Shown: piece by piece, positions 50,385 to 61,345 of the stretch
How positions within the stretch are numbered: position 1 is the stretch's first letter
Layout of the letters: every line of letters starts with the position of its first letter
NCBI GenBank assembly: GCA_965216315.1
Contig: CBDCFN010000016.1
Location: forward strand, 2,277,060-2,341,059
Direction: 5' to 3'
Origin: a bacterium
Lineage (GTDB): Bacteria; UBA10199; 2-02-FULL-50-16; JAJFLM01
DNA: 64,000 nt
Notes under the pieces: generated by a model
Told to the model about the DNA's origin: nothing
Database searches by the model: none
What the model saw: only the letters and a program-made list of their open reading frames with translations
Position numbers and translations under genes: made by a program

Positions 50385-50551
50385 CTATCGTCTTAGTCGA
50401 TTCCGATAAGGCCTGTCTAGGGGGAAATTGGCTTAGGGAAATGTTGTTAAATTACTAAAGCTTACCCTGTCAGTGCCGTCAAAAGAACGACACTGACAGG
50501 CGACAAAAATGTCATTGGCCGACAATTTTATGCGGTTACAGGGGCCCCACG

Positions 50552-51244
50552 TCAGGCCGATGGCCCGGATGAAACTGTAAAGGCGTCATAGTCACAGGCC
50601 GACGGGGCCCGGACCTTATCCGCATTGCCGTCGGTCAGGATACCAAAGCCGGTCGGACTCTTTTGGATCTCTTCACCAAAGTTGGCTTTGTAGTCCTCCG
50701 GAATATTAACGGACACGGTCTGCCAAGCCCCCGGATCCGCCGGAGGGCCGGAGTTCTTGATGATCATATGAAACTTATTGGGTTTCTTCCGAATCACCGT
50801 ACCGACCGGAACGGAGGTCGACCAGGTATATTTCAAGGCCTTGCCGCTATACTTCCCAAAGACAATGTAGATCCCACAGGCCGAATCGTTGGTGTTCTTG
50901 AAGTCACGTTCGTCGGCACCCTTCGGCAACGTCCGTGCCCGCCATTTCCAACTGATCCAAGGATGCTTTTTAACATCCCACAGAAACTGACGCATCACCT
51001 GAACCGAGAGATTCTTGTCATCTTTAGCGCGCAAAAACTTATTTCCGCCTTCTTCGGCAACAACGTACACTTCCTGGGCTTTGCCGCGTTGAAACGGATA
51101 GGTGCGCAAGCGCTTGGGAAACTTCCCTACTTTATAATCGGAAAATGATTCGATGACTCTGGAATCTGCATGCGTAGCATTCACACTGCTTGTGACAAAA
51201 AAACCGGCTGCAATAAACATGAGAAACAATTTTAATAGGCTCAT
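50552..51244 (-). CDS. secreted protein of unknown function
   Basis: 230 aa with signal peptide; translationally coupled to galU upstream; hairpin downstream. Confidence 0.45.
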   Translation of the reverse strand: MSLLKLFLMFIAAGFFVTSSVNATHADSRVIESFSDYKVGKFPKRLRTYPFQRGKAQEVYVVAEEGGNKFLRAKDDKNLSVQVMRQFLWDVKKHPWISWKWRARTLPKGADERDFKNTNDSACGIYIVFGKYSGKALKYTWSTSVPVGTVIRKKPNKFHMIIKNSGPPADPGAWQTVSVNIPEDYKANFGEEIQKSPTGFGILTDGNADKVRAPSACDYDAFTVSSGPSA

Positions 51245-52119
51245 AGCTGTACATTCTCCTTTATGAAATCTCGTAATCCCTCGCCGATATCTGGATGAGC
51301 GAGGCCATAGGCCAAACTAGCTGTCGCGTAACCCAATGGGTTGCCCGCATCATAATGTTCACCACTAAATTCATAACCAATCAAACCTTCGGCTTGCGCT
51401 AATTCTTGCAAGGCATCTGTCAATTGAATCTCGCCAACGGCTCCCGGCGTAAGGCGTTCTAACGAATCAAATATCTTTGATGGTAACAGATAACGGCCCA
51501 CAATGGCTAGATCTGATGGAGCGTCGCTAATAGCCGGTTTTTCAACAACTGTTTTCACTTGATGCACCCTATCCTGCGTGGCCGTAACATCAACGATACC
51601 GTAACGCGTTACTTGTTCCGTTGGAACGCGACGAAGCGCGACACAGGCCAATTTTTCCTTGTCCCATACGGACATCATCTGCTGCAAACAGGGGACTTCC
51701 GAGCGCACCAAATCATCGGGAAGCAGCACCGCAAAGGACTCATCACCAACGGCCTCTCGTGCCATCAACACAGCATGTCCCAGGCCGAGTGCCTCTTCTT
51801 GAATCACTTCCGTCACTTTGATGCCTTGTTGAATTTGTTGGAGAACAGCCAACAGGTCGGCCTGACCCTTCTTTTCGAGGTGCCTCATTAAATCAGTGTC
51901 CGGCTCAAAGTAATCCATCAAGGCATACTTGCGGGGGCTGACGACTAAGATCACCTCCTCGATCCCGGAAGCCACAACTTCATCGATATTCAACTGGAGC
52001 AACGGACGGTCCACAATTGGGAACAGCTCTTTGGGCGTCACTTTAGAGGCCGGCAAAAAGCGGGTACCCAGACCTGCAGCCGGGATGACGACCTTACGTA
52101 TCGAAGATGCTTTTGTCAT
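51241..52119 (-). CDS. galU: UTP--glucose-1-phosphate uridylyltransferase
   Basis: N-terminal KVVIPAAGLGTRFLPASK nucleotidyltransferase motif; 292 aa. Confidence 0.85.
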   Translation of the reverse strand: MTKASSIRKVVIPAAGLGTRFLPASKVTPKELFPIVDRPLLQLNIDEVVASGIEEVILVVSPRKYALMDYFEPDTDLMRHLEKKGQADLLAVLQQIQQGIKVTEVIQEEALGLGHAVLMAREAVGDESFAVLLPDDLVRSEVPCLQQMMSVWDKEKLACVALRRVPTEQVTRYGIVDVTATQDRVHQVKTVVEKPAISDAPSDLAIVGRYLLPSKIFDSLERLTPGAVGEIQLTDALQELAQAEGLIGYEFSGEHYDAGNPLGYATASLAYGLAHPDIGEGLRDFIKENVQL

Positions 52120-52121
52120 GA

Positions 52122-53219
52122 TTAGGGTTTTGCAACGACCTTTAAAGGAGTGACATTAACCGGTGGCGTACGACTTTTACTAACAGCTACTTTATCGTGT
52201 TCTTTGAGCCAACTCAATATTTGCGGATAGACTTCCTTGGGCGCATTAATTCCGAGCACGAGATCCAAATGGCCATAATCACTTTTGTATCCGAACTCTT
52301 TGCCGAACACGATGAATTTTTTCTTACGTGATTTCACGCGATCATAACCATAATAAACATCGGGAAGCGGTGTCAGCCCATCCACGGAACCGGCCAACAC
52401 CATCCAAGGGGCCTTAATGGAATGCAAACTATGATGATAGCTAAAGCGTCTATCTAGGGTATCAAAGTGATTTTCTTGATACCAACGATGGAGCTGCAAA
52501 AAAAGTGGTACGGAAATATTTTCGACCGCAACGCGAGAAGCAATACGAAGCGTCTTCTTATCAATATTATCGAGACAGTAATAAAAATTATCCAGTAATG
52601 GCGCCGCTAAGCCAACCGCGGGAAAAGCCAGCGATGAAAGATATTTGCCGGGAATAACCGGGACCCATTTCAATAAGCGATCCTCAATCTTGATCAGCAG
52701 TTGAGCAAAACCAGGCTTGGCATGGGCGTTCATCGCCGAAGCGATGGCAACAGCACTGCGGCAGATCTTATTTCCCATCGTCTGCACCACTGCATAGATT
52801 AAGGCTCCCCCCAAACTGTGCCCTACCCAATGAAAAGATTTGTGGCCGGTTTCTTTTTTGATGTGATCAATAAACTTCGGAATATCCGTAAAGACGTGGT
52901 CATCAAAGGTCCAATCCGGACGGATCAACGATTGCACCCGCTTCATCGGCGAGAGGGCCTGGCTCTTGCCTGCCCCGCGCAGTTCTAAAATCCAGACATC
53001 AAAGCCCCTGCGATAGAGGTATTTCGCCAACGAAATATTCTCGTCAGGAAAGTCGACGTCATAGCGATTCGTCCCCAGCCCGTGGATGAGCAACACCGGT
53101 GCCCGTTGGGTCTTGCGCCCATAGCGGTAGGCCGCAAGACGCCACCCATCTTGGGTCTCAATGAAATATTCGATCGGTTCGAGCCTTCGCTTGGCCATAC
53201 TACTCCACAAATTCTCCAT
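52122..53219 (-). CDS. alpha/beta-fold hydrolase
   Basis: HGLGTN oxyanion region and nucleophile elbow GHSLGG; 365 aa. Confidence 0.7.
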   Translation of the reverse strand: MENLWSSMAKRRLEPIEYFIETQDGWRLAAYRYGRKTQRAPVLLIHGLGTNRYDVDFPDENISLAKYLYRRGFDVWILELRGAGKSQALSPMKRVQSLIRPDWTFDDHVFTDIPKFIDHIKKETGHKSFHWVGHSLGGALIYAVVQTMGNKICRSAVAIASAMNAHAKPGFAQLLIKIEDRLLKWVPVIPGKYLSSLAFPAVGLAAPLLDNFYYCLDNIDKKTLRIASRVAVENISVPLFLQLHRWYQENHFDTLDRRFSYHHSLHSIKAPWMVLAGSVDGLTPLPDVYYGYDRVKSRKKKFIVFGKEFGYKSDYGHLDLVLGINAPKEVYPQILSWLKEHDKVAVSKSRTPPVNVTPLKVVAKP

Positions 53220-53391
53220 TATTATTACGAATTTGTTTCGCGCCGCAGGAGAACATCTGACTTGAGCATAGAGGGAAAATAGGGGTCCTGTCTAGGGGAT
53301 TAGCAAAGACGCCGAGAGTACTTAATGAACTGAAATAATTGCTTTTTTCAGCTGATGTGGCTCTATAAGCCAAATCACGCAAACCACATGA

Positions 53392-53637
53392 ATGAACCCA
53401 GAGGAGCCAATCATGACTGAAAAAGCCGAACGCGATATCGAAAAAGGCTATAGCACGTCCGAATTTGTCGCTAAATTACGCCGCTTAGCGGACTCGCTTG
53501 AAAATGGTGAGAAATTTGAGATCCAGATCGCCAATGAACGGATCTACATCCCCGTGCGCGCCGAATTTAATATTGAGCACGAGCGTGAAGGCGATGAGGA
53601 AGAGATCGAGTTTCAGATCAAATGGAAGAACGATTGA
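53392..53637 (+). CDS. small acidic protein, amphi-Trp-domain-like
   Basis: 81 aa, Glu-rich, C-terminal IEFQIKW; family call recalled from memory. Confidence 0.4.
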   Translation: MNPEEPIMTEKAERDIEKGYSTSEFVAKLRRLADSLENGEKFEIQIANERIYIPVRAEFNIEHEREGDEEEIEFQIKWKND

Positions 53638-53652
53638 TTATTTCCTTGCTAT

Positions 53653-53668
53653 TTGAACGATCGTTCAA
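53653..53668. promoter_or_regulatory. candidate SOS (LexA) box, perfect palindrome TTGAACGATCGTTCAA of GAAC-N4-GTTC type
   Basis: 16 bp perfect inverted repeat 50 bp upstream of the lexA-like start. Confidence 0.6.
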
Positions 53669-53717
53669 TAGACTCTTTTGAGTGCCAACTCGAAACCCTA
53701 ATAGCCTCGAATCTACC

Positions 53718-54269
53718 ATGACGCCCCTGAGACGCTTCTATCGCGTCCAGGGGCGCATGCCTAGCTACGAGGAGATGAAGGAGCTGTATGGCTATGCCTC
53801 CAAGAATGCCGCTTATTACCTGGCGAATAAGCTGATCGAGGCGGGATATATTATTAAAGATGCTACCGGACGCTTGTTGCCAGCGGGGAAGCACTTTGGT
53901 CTGCCTGTCCTAGGCTATGTGCAGGCCGGCTTCCCCAGCCCGGCGGAAGAGGAACTCATCGATACCCTGAGCCTGGACGAGTACCTGATCGAGAGCCCGG
54001 AGATGAGCTTTATGCTCAAGGTCACGGGAGACTCGATGATTGAGGCGGGGATCCATCCGGAAGACCTCGTCATCGTCGAACGAGGCCAACAACCGAAGAA
54101 CGGCAACATCGTCTTGGCTCAAGTGGATGGGGAATGGACTCTCAAGTATTATCAAAAAAAGAAGAACCAACTCTTCCTCGTCCCCGCCAATCATAAGTAT
54201 CCGATTATCCGACCCGAACGCGAATTGAGGGTCGAGGGAATTATTCGCGCCGTTATTCGAAAATATTGA
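53718..54269 (+). CDS. lexA: LexA-like repressor (S24 peptidase family)
   Basis: N-terminal winged-helix region, Ala-Gly cleavage site context (VQAGFP), S24 catalytic GDSM and downstream Lys; start at ATG 53718. Confidence 0.75.
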   Translation: MTPLRRFYRVQGRMPSYEEMKELYGYASKNAAYYLANKLIEAGYIIKDATGRLLPAGKHFGLPVLGYVQAGFPSPAEEELIDTLSLDEYLIESPEMSFMLKVTGDSMIEAGIHPEDLVIVERGQQPKNGNIVLAQVDGEWTLKYYQKKKNQLFLVPANHKYPIIRPERELRVEGIIRAVIRKY

Positions 54270-54303
54270 CCACAATTGATTTATAAGTGGACGCCGGGTG
54301 GTT

Positions 54304-54368
54304 CGAGCTGCCTTCGGACCGTCTGCGTTTTGAGACGCAGCCGAAGGTCTGCGAAGAATCAGGACCCG
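54304..54368. repeat. structured repeat copy in lexA/Y-family-polymerase intergenic region
   Basis: nested inverted repeats CCTTCGG...CCGAAGG and CTGCGT...ACGCAG; homologous to 33357-33419. Confidence 0.6.
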
Positions 54369-54384
54369 GCGCAATTGAAATAAA

Positions 54385-55686
54385 ATGAACCCGATCACAA
54401 TTCGTTCTTGGCCCAGTGCGATCGCGCACGTGGATGCCGATGCCTTTTTTGCAAGCGTGGAACAGGCCCTCCATCCCGAATACCGTGGTAAACCCATCAT
54501 TACCGGCGCTGAACGTGGCATTGTCGCGTGTGCCAGTTACGAGGCCAAGGCCCTCGGCATCCGACGGGCCGTGAGCCTCAAAGAAGCCAAGGCCATCTGC
54601 CCGCAGCTTATTATCGTCCCTAGCGACTATGAGACTTACAGTCTGTTTTCCAAACGCATCTTCGCAATTCTCCGCCGTTTCTCTCCCCAGGTCGAAGAGT
54701 ACTCCATCGACGAAGCCTTCGTAGACCTCAAAGGACTGCGCCGCGTCCATCATTGCTCTTACCCTCAGATTGCTGAAAAGATGAAAACCGCGATTGAGAG
54801 TGAGCTGGGCATTACCGTCTCGGTAGGTCTCAGCCTTTCCAAGAGCTTAGCAAAACTCTGTTCTAAACGAGATAAACCCGATGGTTTTACGGCAATCCCG
54901 GGTCGAGAGATCCACCAACTCTTACAAACCACACCACTCCAAGAGGTTTGGGGCTTCGGACCTAACACCACGGCCCTGCTCCAAAAAAACGGGCTCCGTA
55001 GCGCTTGGGATTATCTACAGTTGCCGATTGATTTTATTAAGAAGCGTCTCGGCAAAGTGGGATTGGAACTCTACTATGAACTCAGAGGCGAATCACTTTA
55101 CAAAGTCGACCGCGTCCTCAAATCGACTTATGCGAGTATTTCCAAATTCAAAACCTTTGCCCCGGCTTCACGTGACCGATCGATGGTTTATGCTCGGGCC
55201 TTACGTAACCTCGAATCCGCTTGTATCAAGGCCCGCCGCTATCAACTCCAGACCAAGCGACTTGTCTTGATATTGCGTGCCCAGGACTTTTCCAGTCGTG
55301 CGCAAGAAGTCCGGCTCTCTCGACCTAGCGCCTATCCACTCGAACTTCAAACCGCACTCCAACAACTCTTTGCTAATCTGTTTGAGCCCAGACAACTCTA
55401 CCGCGCCACCGGCATAGTCCTCACTCACCTGACCACCACTGACGGCCAACAATTTGATCTCTTCGAAGATCCCGTTCGTGTCATCAAAATCAGCCAGCTT
55501 TATGAGTCGATTGACGAGATCAATGCGCGCTATGGCAAACACACAGTGTTTTTAGGGAATGAAGTGGTGATTCGCGGCGCTCATTCCGGCCGCCGCGGCA
55601 AAGCCCCCACGCGCCAAAAGAATTTACTCAAAGGAGAAACGGGGCGACAAAGAATTGGAATTCCTCGACTGGAATATAAAATCTAG
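54385..55686 (+). CDS. Y-family DNA polymerase (UmuC/DinB-like translesion polymerase)
   Basis: IAHVDADAFFASVEQ, SIDEAF catalytic motifs; 433 aa; downstream of lexA-like gene. Confidence 0.85.
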   Translation: MNPITIRSWPSAIAHVDADAFFASVEQALHPEYRGKPIITGAERGIVACASYEAKALGIRRAVSLKEAKAICPQLIIVPSDYETYSLFSKRIFAILRRFSPQVEEYSIDEAFVDLKGLRRVHHCSYPQIAEKMKTAIESELGITVSVGLSLSKSLAKLCSKRDKPDGFTAIPGREIHQLLQTTPLQEVWGFGPNTTALLQKNGLRSAWDYLQLPIDFIKKRLGKVGLELYYELRGESLYKVDRVLKSTYASISKFKTFAPASRDRSMVYARALRNLESACIKARRYQLQTKRLVLILRAQDFSSRAQEVRLSRPSAYPLELQTALQQLFANLFEPRQLYRATGIVLTHLTTTDGQQFDLFEDPVRVIKISQLYESIDEINARYGKHTVFLGNEVVIRGAHSGRRGKAPTRQKNLLKGETGRQRIGIPRLEYKI

Positions 55687-56486
55687 GCATTGAGCCGATA
55701 GAGAATAAAAGTAATATCATCGGGCTTCGATGGCTTGCCGTTTTTCGGAGCCTGCATCCGCTGTTGCGCTTCAGCAACTAGATCCGACATAATACATTCA
55801 AGCTTGCCCTTGCGAATACGCTCGATCAATTCATCATTGGTGAAATTATCCGCGAGTCCATCCGAACAGACCAGTACCGTATCACGAGAGCGCAAACGAC
55901 GCGGCATCCCGACCTCAATGTGCAAATCACTCGCCCCGATCACGTTCGACACGATGTGCAAGTCATCATGAGCCAAGGCTTCCTTTTCATTCAAAACTCC
56001 CGCCTCGACCGCATAACCGACCGGCGAATGGGAAATACTCTGAGAGCGCACCTTACCTCGCTGCCCCACCGCCACGATGTGAGAATCCCCGACATGATAG
56101 TTTCGAATTAAGTCGCCCATGACACCAACGACGGAAAGAGTCGTTGCAGCCCCTGTCCCAAGATTGCGGACGGCTTTATTGGCTGCTTCAAATCCATTGA
56201 GCACATAAGGGCGCCAGGTCTTCGCCTCCAGATCAACCGTTTCAAGAGCTTTTTGTAATTTGGTAACCGCCAGCGCCGCCGCTTTGGCTCCACCGCGATG
56301 CCCACCTAAACCATCCGCGACGGCCAACACCACGCCTTTTCTTCCGATAGGAATAATCGCGGCAGCATCTTCGTTAGGGCCTTCTTTATCAGGTGCGCGT
56401 GCACTGAAAACTCCGACGACTCCCCAATCCAATAAACATATCTCTCCGGCTTCCATCGTCGCTTCGAGATATGTTTTTACTCCCAT
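55683..56486 (-). CDS. PP2C-family Ser/Thr protein phosphatase
   Basis: AVADGLGGH and VCSDGLAD metal-binding motifs; 267 aa. Confidence 0.8.
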   Translation of the reverse strand: MGVKTYLEATMEAGEICLLDWGVVGVFSARAPDKEGPNEDAAAIIPIGRKGVVLAVADGLGGHRGGAKAAALAVTKLQKALETVDLEAKTWRPYVLNGFEAANKAVRNLGTGAATTLSVVGVMGDLIRNYHVGDSHIVAVGQRGKVRSQSISHSPVGYAVEAGVLNEKEALAHDDLHIVSNVIGASDLHIEVGMPRRLRSRDTVLVCSDGLADNFTNDELIERIRKGKLECIMSDLVAEAQQRMQAPKNGKPSKPDDITFILYRLNA

Positions 56487-57211
56487 TCCAGGCTCTCCAG
56501 ATACTGCCGCAATTGACCTGCCGTCTTAAATTTTTTAAGGATCATGGACCGCTTCAATCCACAACAAATGTCCTTCACCACCGCAGGCTGTTTCGCATAA
56601 CGCTTGGCTCCCCCAATGATATCGTAAAAGAGCCGGATCATATCACAGACATCATCTTTAATATTTTGCGGCCTAGGGGCCTTCCAATGGAAAAGATCGA
56701 TCAACTTCAGGTCAAATCCCAACCCATACCGTTGCACAATAATATTATCGGTATGAAGATCCCCGTGATACTCATTGAGGGCATGAATCTCTTCCATCCC
56801 GGTAGCCAGGTCATGCAATAAACAGAGTGCTTCAAAGAAATTAAAGCGTTTGCCCGCCTGTCGTTTTAAAAACTCACTGAGCAACTCACCTTCTACAAAT
56901 TCCGATACTAGGAAAGTAACCGGCACCTTGCGGAACTGAATCGTTTCCTGCGTATGATAATGCATGACTATAGGACAATGTCTCAGCTTATAGAGTTTTT
57001 TGGCATGAAACTTCACCATACGGTTTTGTAGATTTCTATGAGGGAAAAAGAACTTGCCCGCCTTTTCAATACCGGTTTTGAGCTCTCTCAGCAGATAGAC
57101 CTCACCTTCCCAGCCTGAGCCAATCCGTTCTAGGACTTCATACTTACGGACAAGGATACGGCCTGCGTTAAAACCAAATGAGGTGACTCTTTTAGATGAT
57201 TGGACTGCCAT
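56477..57211 (-). CDS. small protein-kinase-like protein (minimal eukaryotic-like kinase fold)
   Basis: glycine-rich loop GSGWEGEVY, Lys in AGKFFF, catalytic-loop-like HGDLHTDNI, DLF; 244 aa; 10 bp overlap with PP2C gene. Confidence 0.6.
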   Translation of the reverse strand: MAVQSSKRVTSFGFNAGRILVRKYEVLERIGSGWEGEVYLLRELKTGIEKAGKFFFPHRNLQNRMVKFHAKKLYKLRHCPIVMHYHTQETIQFRKVPVTFLVSEFVEGELLSEFLKRQAGKRFNFFEALCLLHDLATGMEEIHALNEYHGDLHTDNIIVQRYGLGFDLKLIDLFHWKAPRPQNIKDDVCDMIRLFYDIIGGAKRYAKQPAVVKDICCGLKRSMILKKFKTAGQLRQYLESLEWE

Positions 57212-57318
57212 TGTAACTCATCAAGAATATCGTGCTCAATAAATCAATTTCTGCCTTTTTAAAAGATTTTTTCGTGTCACTTGACGATTTTAAACCATAT
57301 CATTATTTATTCCCCGCC

Positions 57319-57588
57319 ATGCCTATCTACGAATACATCTGCCAAAAATGTGGCCAGGAGATTGAGGCCATCCAAAAGGTCTCAGAAGCACCGCTGACTC
57401 AACATGACGACTGTGGCGGCAAACTCGAAAAAAAACTCTCTCTCTCCGCTTTTCATCTCAAGGGGGGTGGCTGGTACGCAGATGGCTATAGCCAAAAGAG
57501 CAGCAAACCTGATAAAAAAGAACCTAAAACGAGCTCAGACGATAAAAAAACAACGTCAAAGAAAAAAGAAAAGACGCCGTCATCGTAG
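57319..57588 (+). CDS. FmdB-family zinc-ribbon protein
   Basis: MPIYEYICQKCGQEIE...CGGK CxxC-CxxC start typical of the family; Lys/Ser-rich tail. Confidence 0.6.
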   Translation: MPIYEYICQKCGQEIEAIQKVSEAPLTQHDDCGGKLEKKLSLSAFHLKGGGWYADGYSQKSSKPDKKEPKTSSDDKKTTSKKKEKTPSS

Positions 57589-57644
57589 CATGCAGTGGCT
57601 GAACCCGTTATTTTGCCTTACAATAAGCGTAGGAACCTTAAGAA

Positions 57645-58838
57645 ATGAAAGCATTAATACTTGCGCTTAGCCTACTGAATTCTATCTTTATACTTGCTTG
57701 TTCTTCATCATCTGATGATGTCGAACACCGCGCTGTCAAATGGGTTCTTTCCCGACCCGTCAGTTTTGACCTCAGAATCCCCCCCCAGATTTTCAAGGGT
57801 CAATTGCCGAGCGATCCTGAGCTGGCCGAATGTCATACGCAAGGCATGGAAATCGTCAATGAAAATGTCATTATCAGCTGTAGTCTGTACAATTCCCGCC
57901 AAAAAATTCGCCGGAGCTATGCGGCCGAAAGCCTACTCCTCAAAGCTCCATTAAAAGACATTACTAACACAGCCCAGAAACATCACATCGCCTGGTCAAT
58001 GAAGAAAATCACTGAGACCGTTCCCGCTGCCGAACAAAAACGAATTACTGATTCAATGATTCGCAATATTCCAAGCACCCTCGGCACTTTCATGAATTGG
58101 TTTTTGCCTTTAGATGATATTGAGCACGTCATGGGACATCCGTCGGGCCTTGCTTATGACCAGAAAGCCGGCGGGCTCTGGGTCGCAAACGCCGTCTATG
58201 GATGGGATTCTTATACTCATCTACTCCTCTTAGACCCAGACACGCTTGAACCTATTCCCAAGCACCAACCACTCGCCGTTCACGATCACCTTGGTTTTGT
58301 TGCGACGACAGCAGGCCCTTTTCTCTGGTCTTTCAACTGGGGAAAAGAACCGCGTATGATTATTATTGATCCAAGCACGGGAAAGACACGGTGGCGACCG
58401 CGCCCTGTTCCTAATAATATCGCGTATCAGGACTGCGACAACCTTGATGAGCATACTATACTATGCGCAGGAGGCATGAAACTGCCTAATAGTTGGTACC
58501 CGCAACGGGATGGTGTCCTCCACATGCTGAGTGTAAGCGGTAATGAACTTGATTATTTAAAAGTCTATCACACCGAAACACTTGTATGGAGACCTAAATT
58601 CGCAGAGAAGGTATCATCAAAATTCGGCTCAAGAAGCTTTGTCAGTGTAGAAACAATCGGTGACATCGAAATGGATGAATCTAATTACTACGGGGATTAC
58701 ACGACACCACTACCACTCACCAATGCCGGTATGGCTGTCGGCCCAAACAAGAAATATATCTATTTCCTGCCTGATGATCTGCCCCATGCACGGTTGATAA
58801 GATTTGAGCTGAGTAAGGTTCCTGCCGGTAAGGACTAG
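57645..58838 (+). CDS. lipoprotein of unknown function
   Basis: 397 aa; lipobox FILAC; no recognised domain. Confidence 0.5.
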   Translation: MKALILALSLLNSIFILACSSSSDDVEHRAVKWVLSRPVSFDLRIPPQIFKGQLPSDPELAECHTQGMEIVNENVIISCSLYNSRQKIRRSYAAESLLLKAPLKDITNTAQKHHIAWSMKKITETVPAAEQKRITDSMIRNIPSTLGTFMNWFLPLDDIEHVMGHPSGLAYDQKAGGLWVANAVYGWDSYTHLLLLDPDTLEPIPKHQPLAVHDHLGFVATTAGPFLWSFNWGKEPRMIIIDPSTGKTRWRPRPVPNNIAYQDCDNLDEHTILCAGGMKLPNSWYPQRDGVLHMLSVSGNELDYLKVYHTETLVWRPKFAEKVSSKFGSRSFVSVETIGDIEMDESNYYGDYTTPLPLTNAGMAVGPNKKYIYFLPDDLPHARLIRFELSKVPAGKD

Positions 58839-61300
58839 TGAGTAATTGTAGCTGAATCGGATTGAGTAACATCCTTAGAAAAGATTTCTTCAGAATCTTC
58901 CGCACCACCATCATCGACGAGAGGACTCTTTTTAAATAGGCTTTCGGGATTCTCCATCCGCAATGCAATCATCAGGACATCGTCCATATTCTCAACCGGC
59001 CTGACATCAAGCTGCTTGAGAATCTTCTTAGGAATATCCTTCAGATCTTTTTCATTTTCTTTGGGGATAATAATGAGTTTGATGCCGCCTCGATGCGCTG
59101 CAAGACTCTTCTCCTTGAGCCCGCCGATAGGAAGAACGCGTCCGCGCAAGGTAATTTCACCGGTCATCGCCACATCTTTACGAACAGGTATCTTTAAAAG
59201 AGCCGAGACAATCGCTGTCGCCATCGTAATACCTGCCGACGGACCATCTTTGGGAGTGGCTCCTTCCGGAACATGTATATGAATATCGAGACGTTGATAA
59301 AAATTGCGCGGCAGTCCAAAGGCCTGTGCGCGTGAACGCACATAACTCATCGCCGCCTGCGCCGACTCCTGCATGACATCACCTAGTTTGCCGGTCACCG
59401 TCAATTTTCCTTTACCAGGCACGACACTGACCTCGGTTTGAAGCAGTTCACCACCAAACTCAGTCCAAGCCAAGCCTGTTGACATGCCAACTTCATCCTT
59501 TTCCTCCATCGCCCCATATCGAAACTTAGGTGGTCCTAAATAGGTAGGAATGTTTTTAGCCGCCACACGCACGCTTTTCTCAGATCCTTCTTCCGTTAAT
59601 TTGCGCGCGACTTTACGGCAAATTTTGGCAATGACTCGATCGAGGTTTCTCACCCCGGCTTCACGCGTATAACGTCGAATGATATGCTTAATCGCGCTAT
59701 CCAGTACCAGCAATTTCTCACTTGTCAGCCCGTGATCCTCGAGTTGTTTTCGAACCAAATACTTTTTAGCAATATTAAGTTTTTCATCTTCCGTATACCC
59801 AGGGATACGAATCATTTCCATACGGTCAAGCAATGGATGTGGGATTGAAGACAGCGTGTTGGCTGTCGTAATAAACATAACATGGGAAAGATCGTAATCC
59901 AGATCCAGATAATGATCGTTGAAAGTTGTGTTTTGTTCCGGATCTAGAACCTCCAGCAGGGCCGCCGACGGGTCACCACGAAAGTCCATTGACATTTTAT
60001 CGACCTCATCGAGAAGGAAGACCGGATTACTGGAACCTGCCTTTTTAAGGCTTTGAATAATCTTGCCCGGTAGCGCACCGATATAGGTCCGGCGATGGCC
60101 TCGAATCTCAGCCTCATCTCGAACGCCCCCTAAAGAGCAACGAATAAACTTGCGGCCCATCGCACGCGCAATTGAGCGCGCCAGCGATGTCTTTCCGACA
60201 CCCGGAGGTCCGACCAGGCACAAGATAGGGCCCTTCATCTTCTCAACCCGACTCAGTACGGCAAGATATTCGAGAATCCGTTCTTTCGGCTCATCAAGCC
60301 CATAATGATCCTCGTCGAGTACGTTGCGAGCCACTTTGATATCAACCTTGTCCTCTGTCATGTCATACCATGGCAGGGAAATCGCCCAATCGATATAATT
60401 ACGCACGACCGTCGCTTCGGCACTCATCGGACTCATCATCTTTAACTTGCGAAATTCTTTTTGGACTTTTTTGGTCGCCTCGGCGCTCATCTTCTTGCTC
60501 TTGATTTCGTCTTCCAGTTCTTGGAGTTCGCTCCTAAACTCATCTCTCTCTCCGAGCTCACGCTGAATGGCCTGCATTTGTTCATTGAGGTAATATTCCT
60601 TTTGCGTCTTCTCCATTTGCTTCTTGACGCGACCACGAATTTTTTTCTCAACCTGCAAGATCTCTATTTCCGACTGCAAATGACCATAGAGTTTTTCAAG
60701 GCGTTCGGCTGGAATTTCCGTTTCTAATAATTTTTGTTTATCAGATAACTTCAATTGGAGATGAGCAACGATCGTATCGGCTAAACGCGAAGGGTCATCA
60801 ATCGTCGCAACAGACGTCATCATTTCAGGCGGAATATATTTGTTCAACTTGATGTATTGCTCAAAGGTCGTCTTGACGGTACGCATGAGAGCTTCGATCT
60901 CTGTCGTCAACTCCCGATTCTCATACACTTCATCGACCTCGGCTAAAAAGAACGGCGTTTTTGCTACAAACTCTTTAATACGTGCGCGCCGTTTACCTTC
61001 TACCAGCACCTTGACAGTCCCATCGGGCAAACGCAGGAGCTGAATGATCGTCCCCAGCGTTCCCATCCTATAAATATCTTCTTCTTTGGGGTCATTCGTT
61101 TTGGCATTGACCTGTGCCGCCAGCAAAATGTCCTTCTCTTTGCTCATCGCCTCATCCAAGGCGGCTATCGATTTCTCCCGGCCAACAAAAAGGGGCACGA
61201 CCATGTGGGGAAAGACAATGATGTCACGAAGCGGCAGCAGGGGAACACCGACTCCCTTAGGCCCTTTCGCTTCTTCCATATCATCCTTAACAAAACCCAT
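58835..61300 (-). CDS. lon: ATP-dependent Lon protease
   Basis: N-terminal LON domain, Walker [10 protein letters not shown], proteolytic Ser in PKDGPSAGI; 821 aa. Confidence 0.95.
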   Translation of the reverse strand: MGFVKDDMEEAKGPKGVGVPLLPLRDIIVFPHMVVPLFVGREKSIAALDEAMSKEKDILLAAQVNAKTNDPKEEDIYRMGTLGTIIQLLRLPDGTVKVLVEGKRRARIKEFVAKTPFFLAEVDEVYENRELTTEIEALMRTVKTTFEQYIKLNKYIPPEMMTSVATIDDPSRLADTIVAHLQLKLSDKQKLLETEIPAERLEKLYGHLQSEIEILQVEKKIRGRVKKQMEKTQKEYYLNEQMQAIQRELGERDEFRSELQELEDEIKSKKMSAEATKKVQKEFRKLKMMSPMSAEATVVRNYIDWAISLPWYDMTEDKVDIKVARNVLDEDHYGLDEPKERILEYLAVLSRVEKMKGPILCLVGPPGVGKTSLARSIARAMGRKFIRCSLGGVRDEAEIRGHRRTYIGALPGKIIQSLKKAGSSNPVFLLDEVDKMSMDFRGDPSAALLEVLDPEQNTTFNDHYLDLDYDLSHVMFITTANTLSSIPHPLLDRMEMIRIPGYTEDEKLNIAKKYLVRKQLEDHGLTSEKLLVLDSAIKHIIRRYTREAGVRNLDRVIAKICRKVARKLTEEGSEKSVRVAAKNIPTYLGPPKFRYGAMEEKDEVGMSTGLAWTEFGGELLQTEVSVVPGKGKLTVTGKLGDVMQESAQAAMSYVRSRAQAFGLPRNFYQRLDIHIHVPEGATPKDGPSAGITMATAIVSALLKIPVRKDVAMTGEITLRGRVLPIGGLKEKSLAAHRGGIKLIIIPKENEKDLKDIPKKILKQLDVRPVENMDDVLMIALRMENPESLFKKSPLVDDGGAEDSEEIFSKDVTQSDSATITH

Positions 61301-61345
61301 AGTAATTCTCTTTAACTAAAGATTGAACTGCCGCCGTATCTGCCG

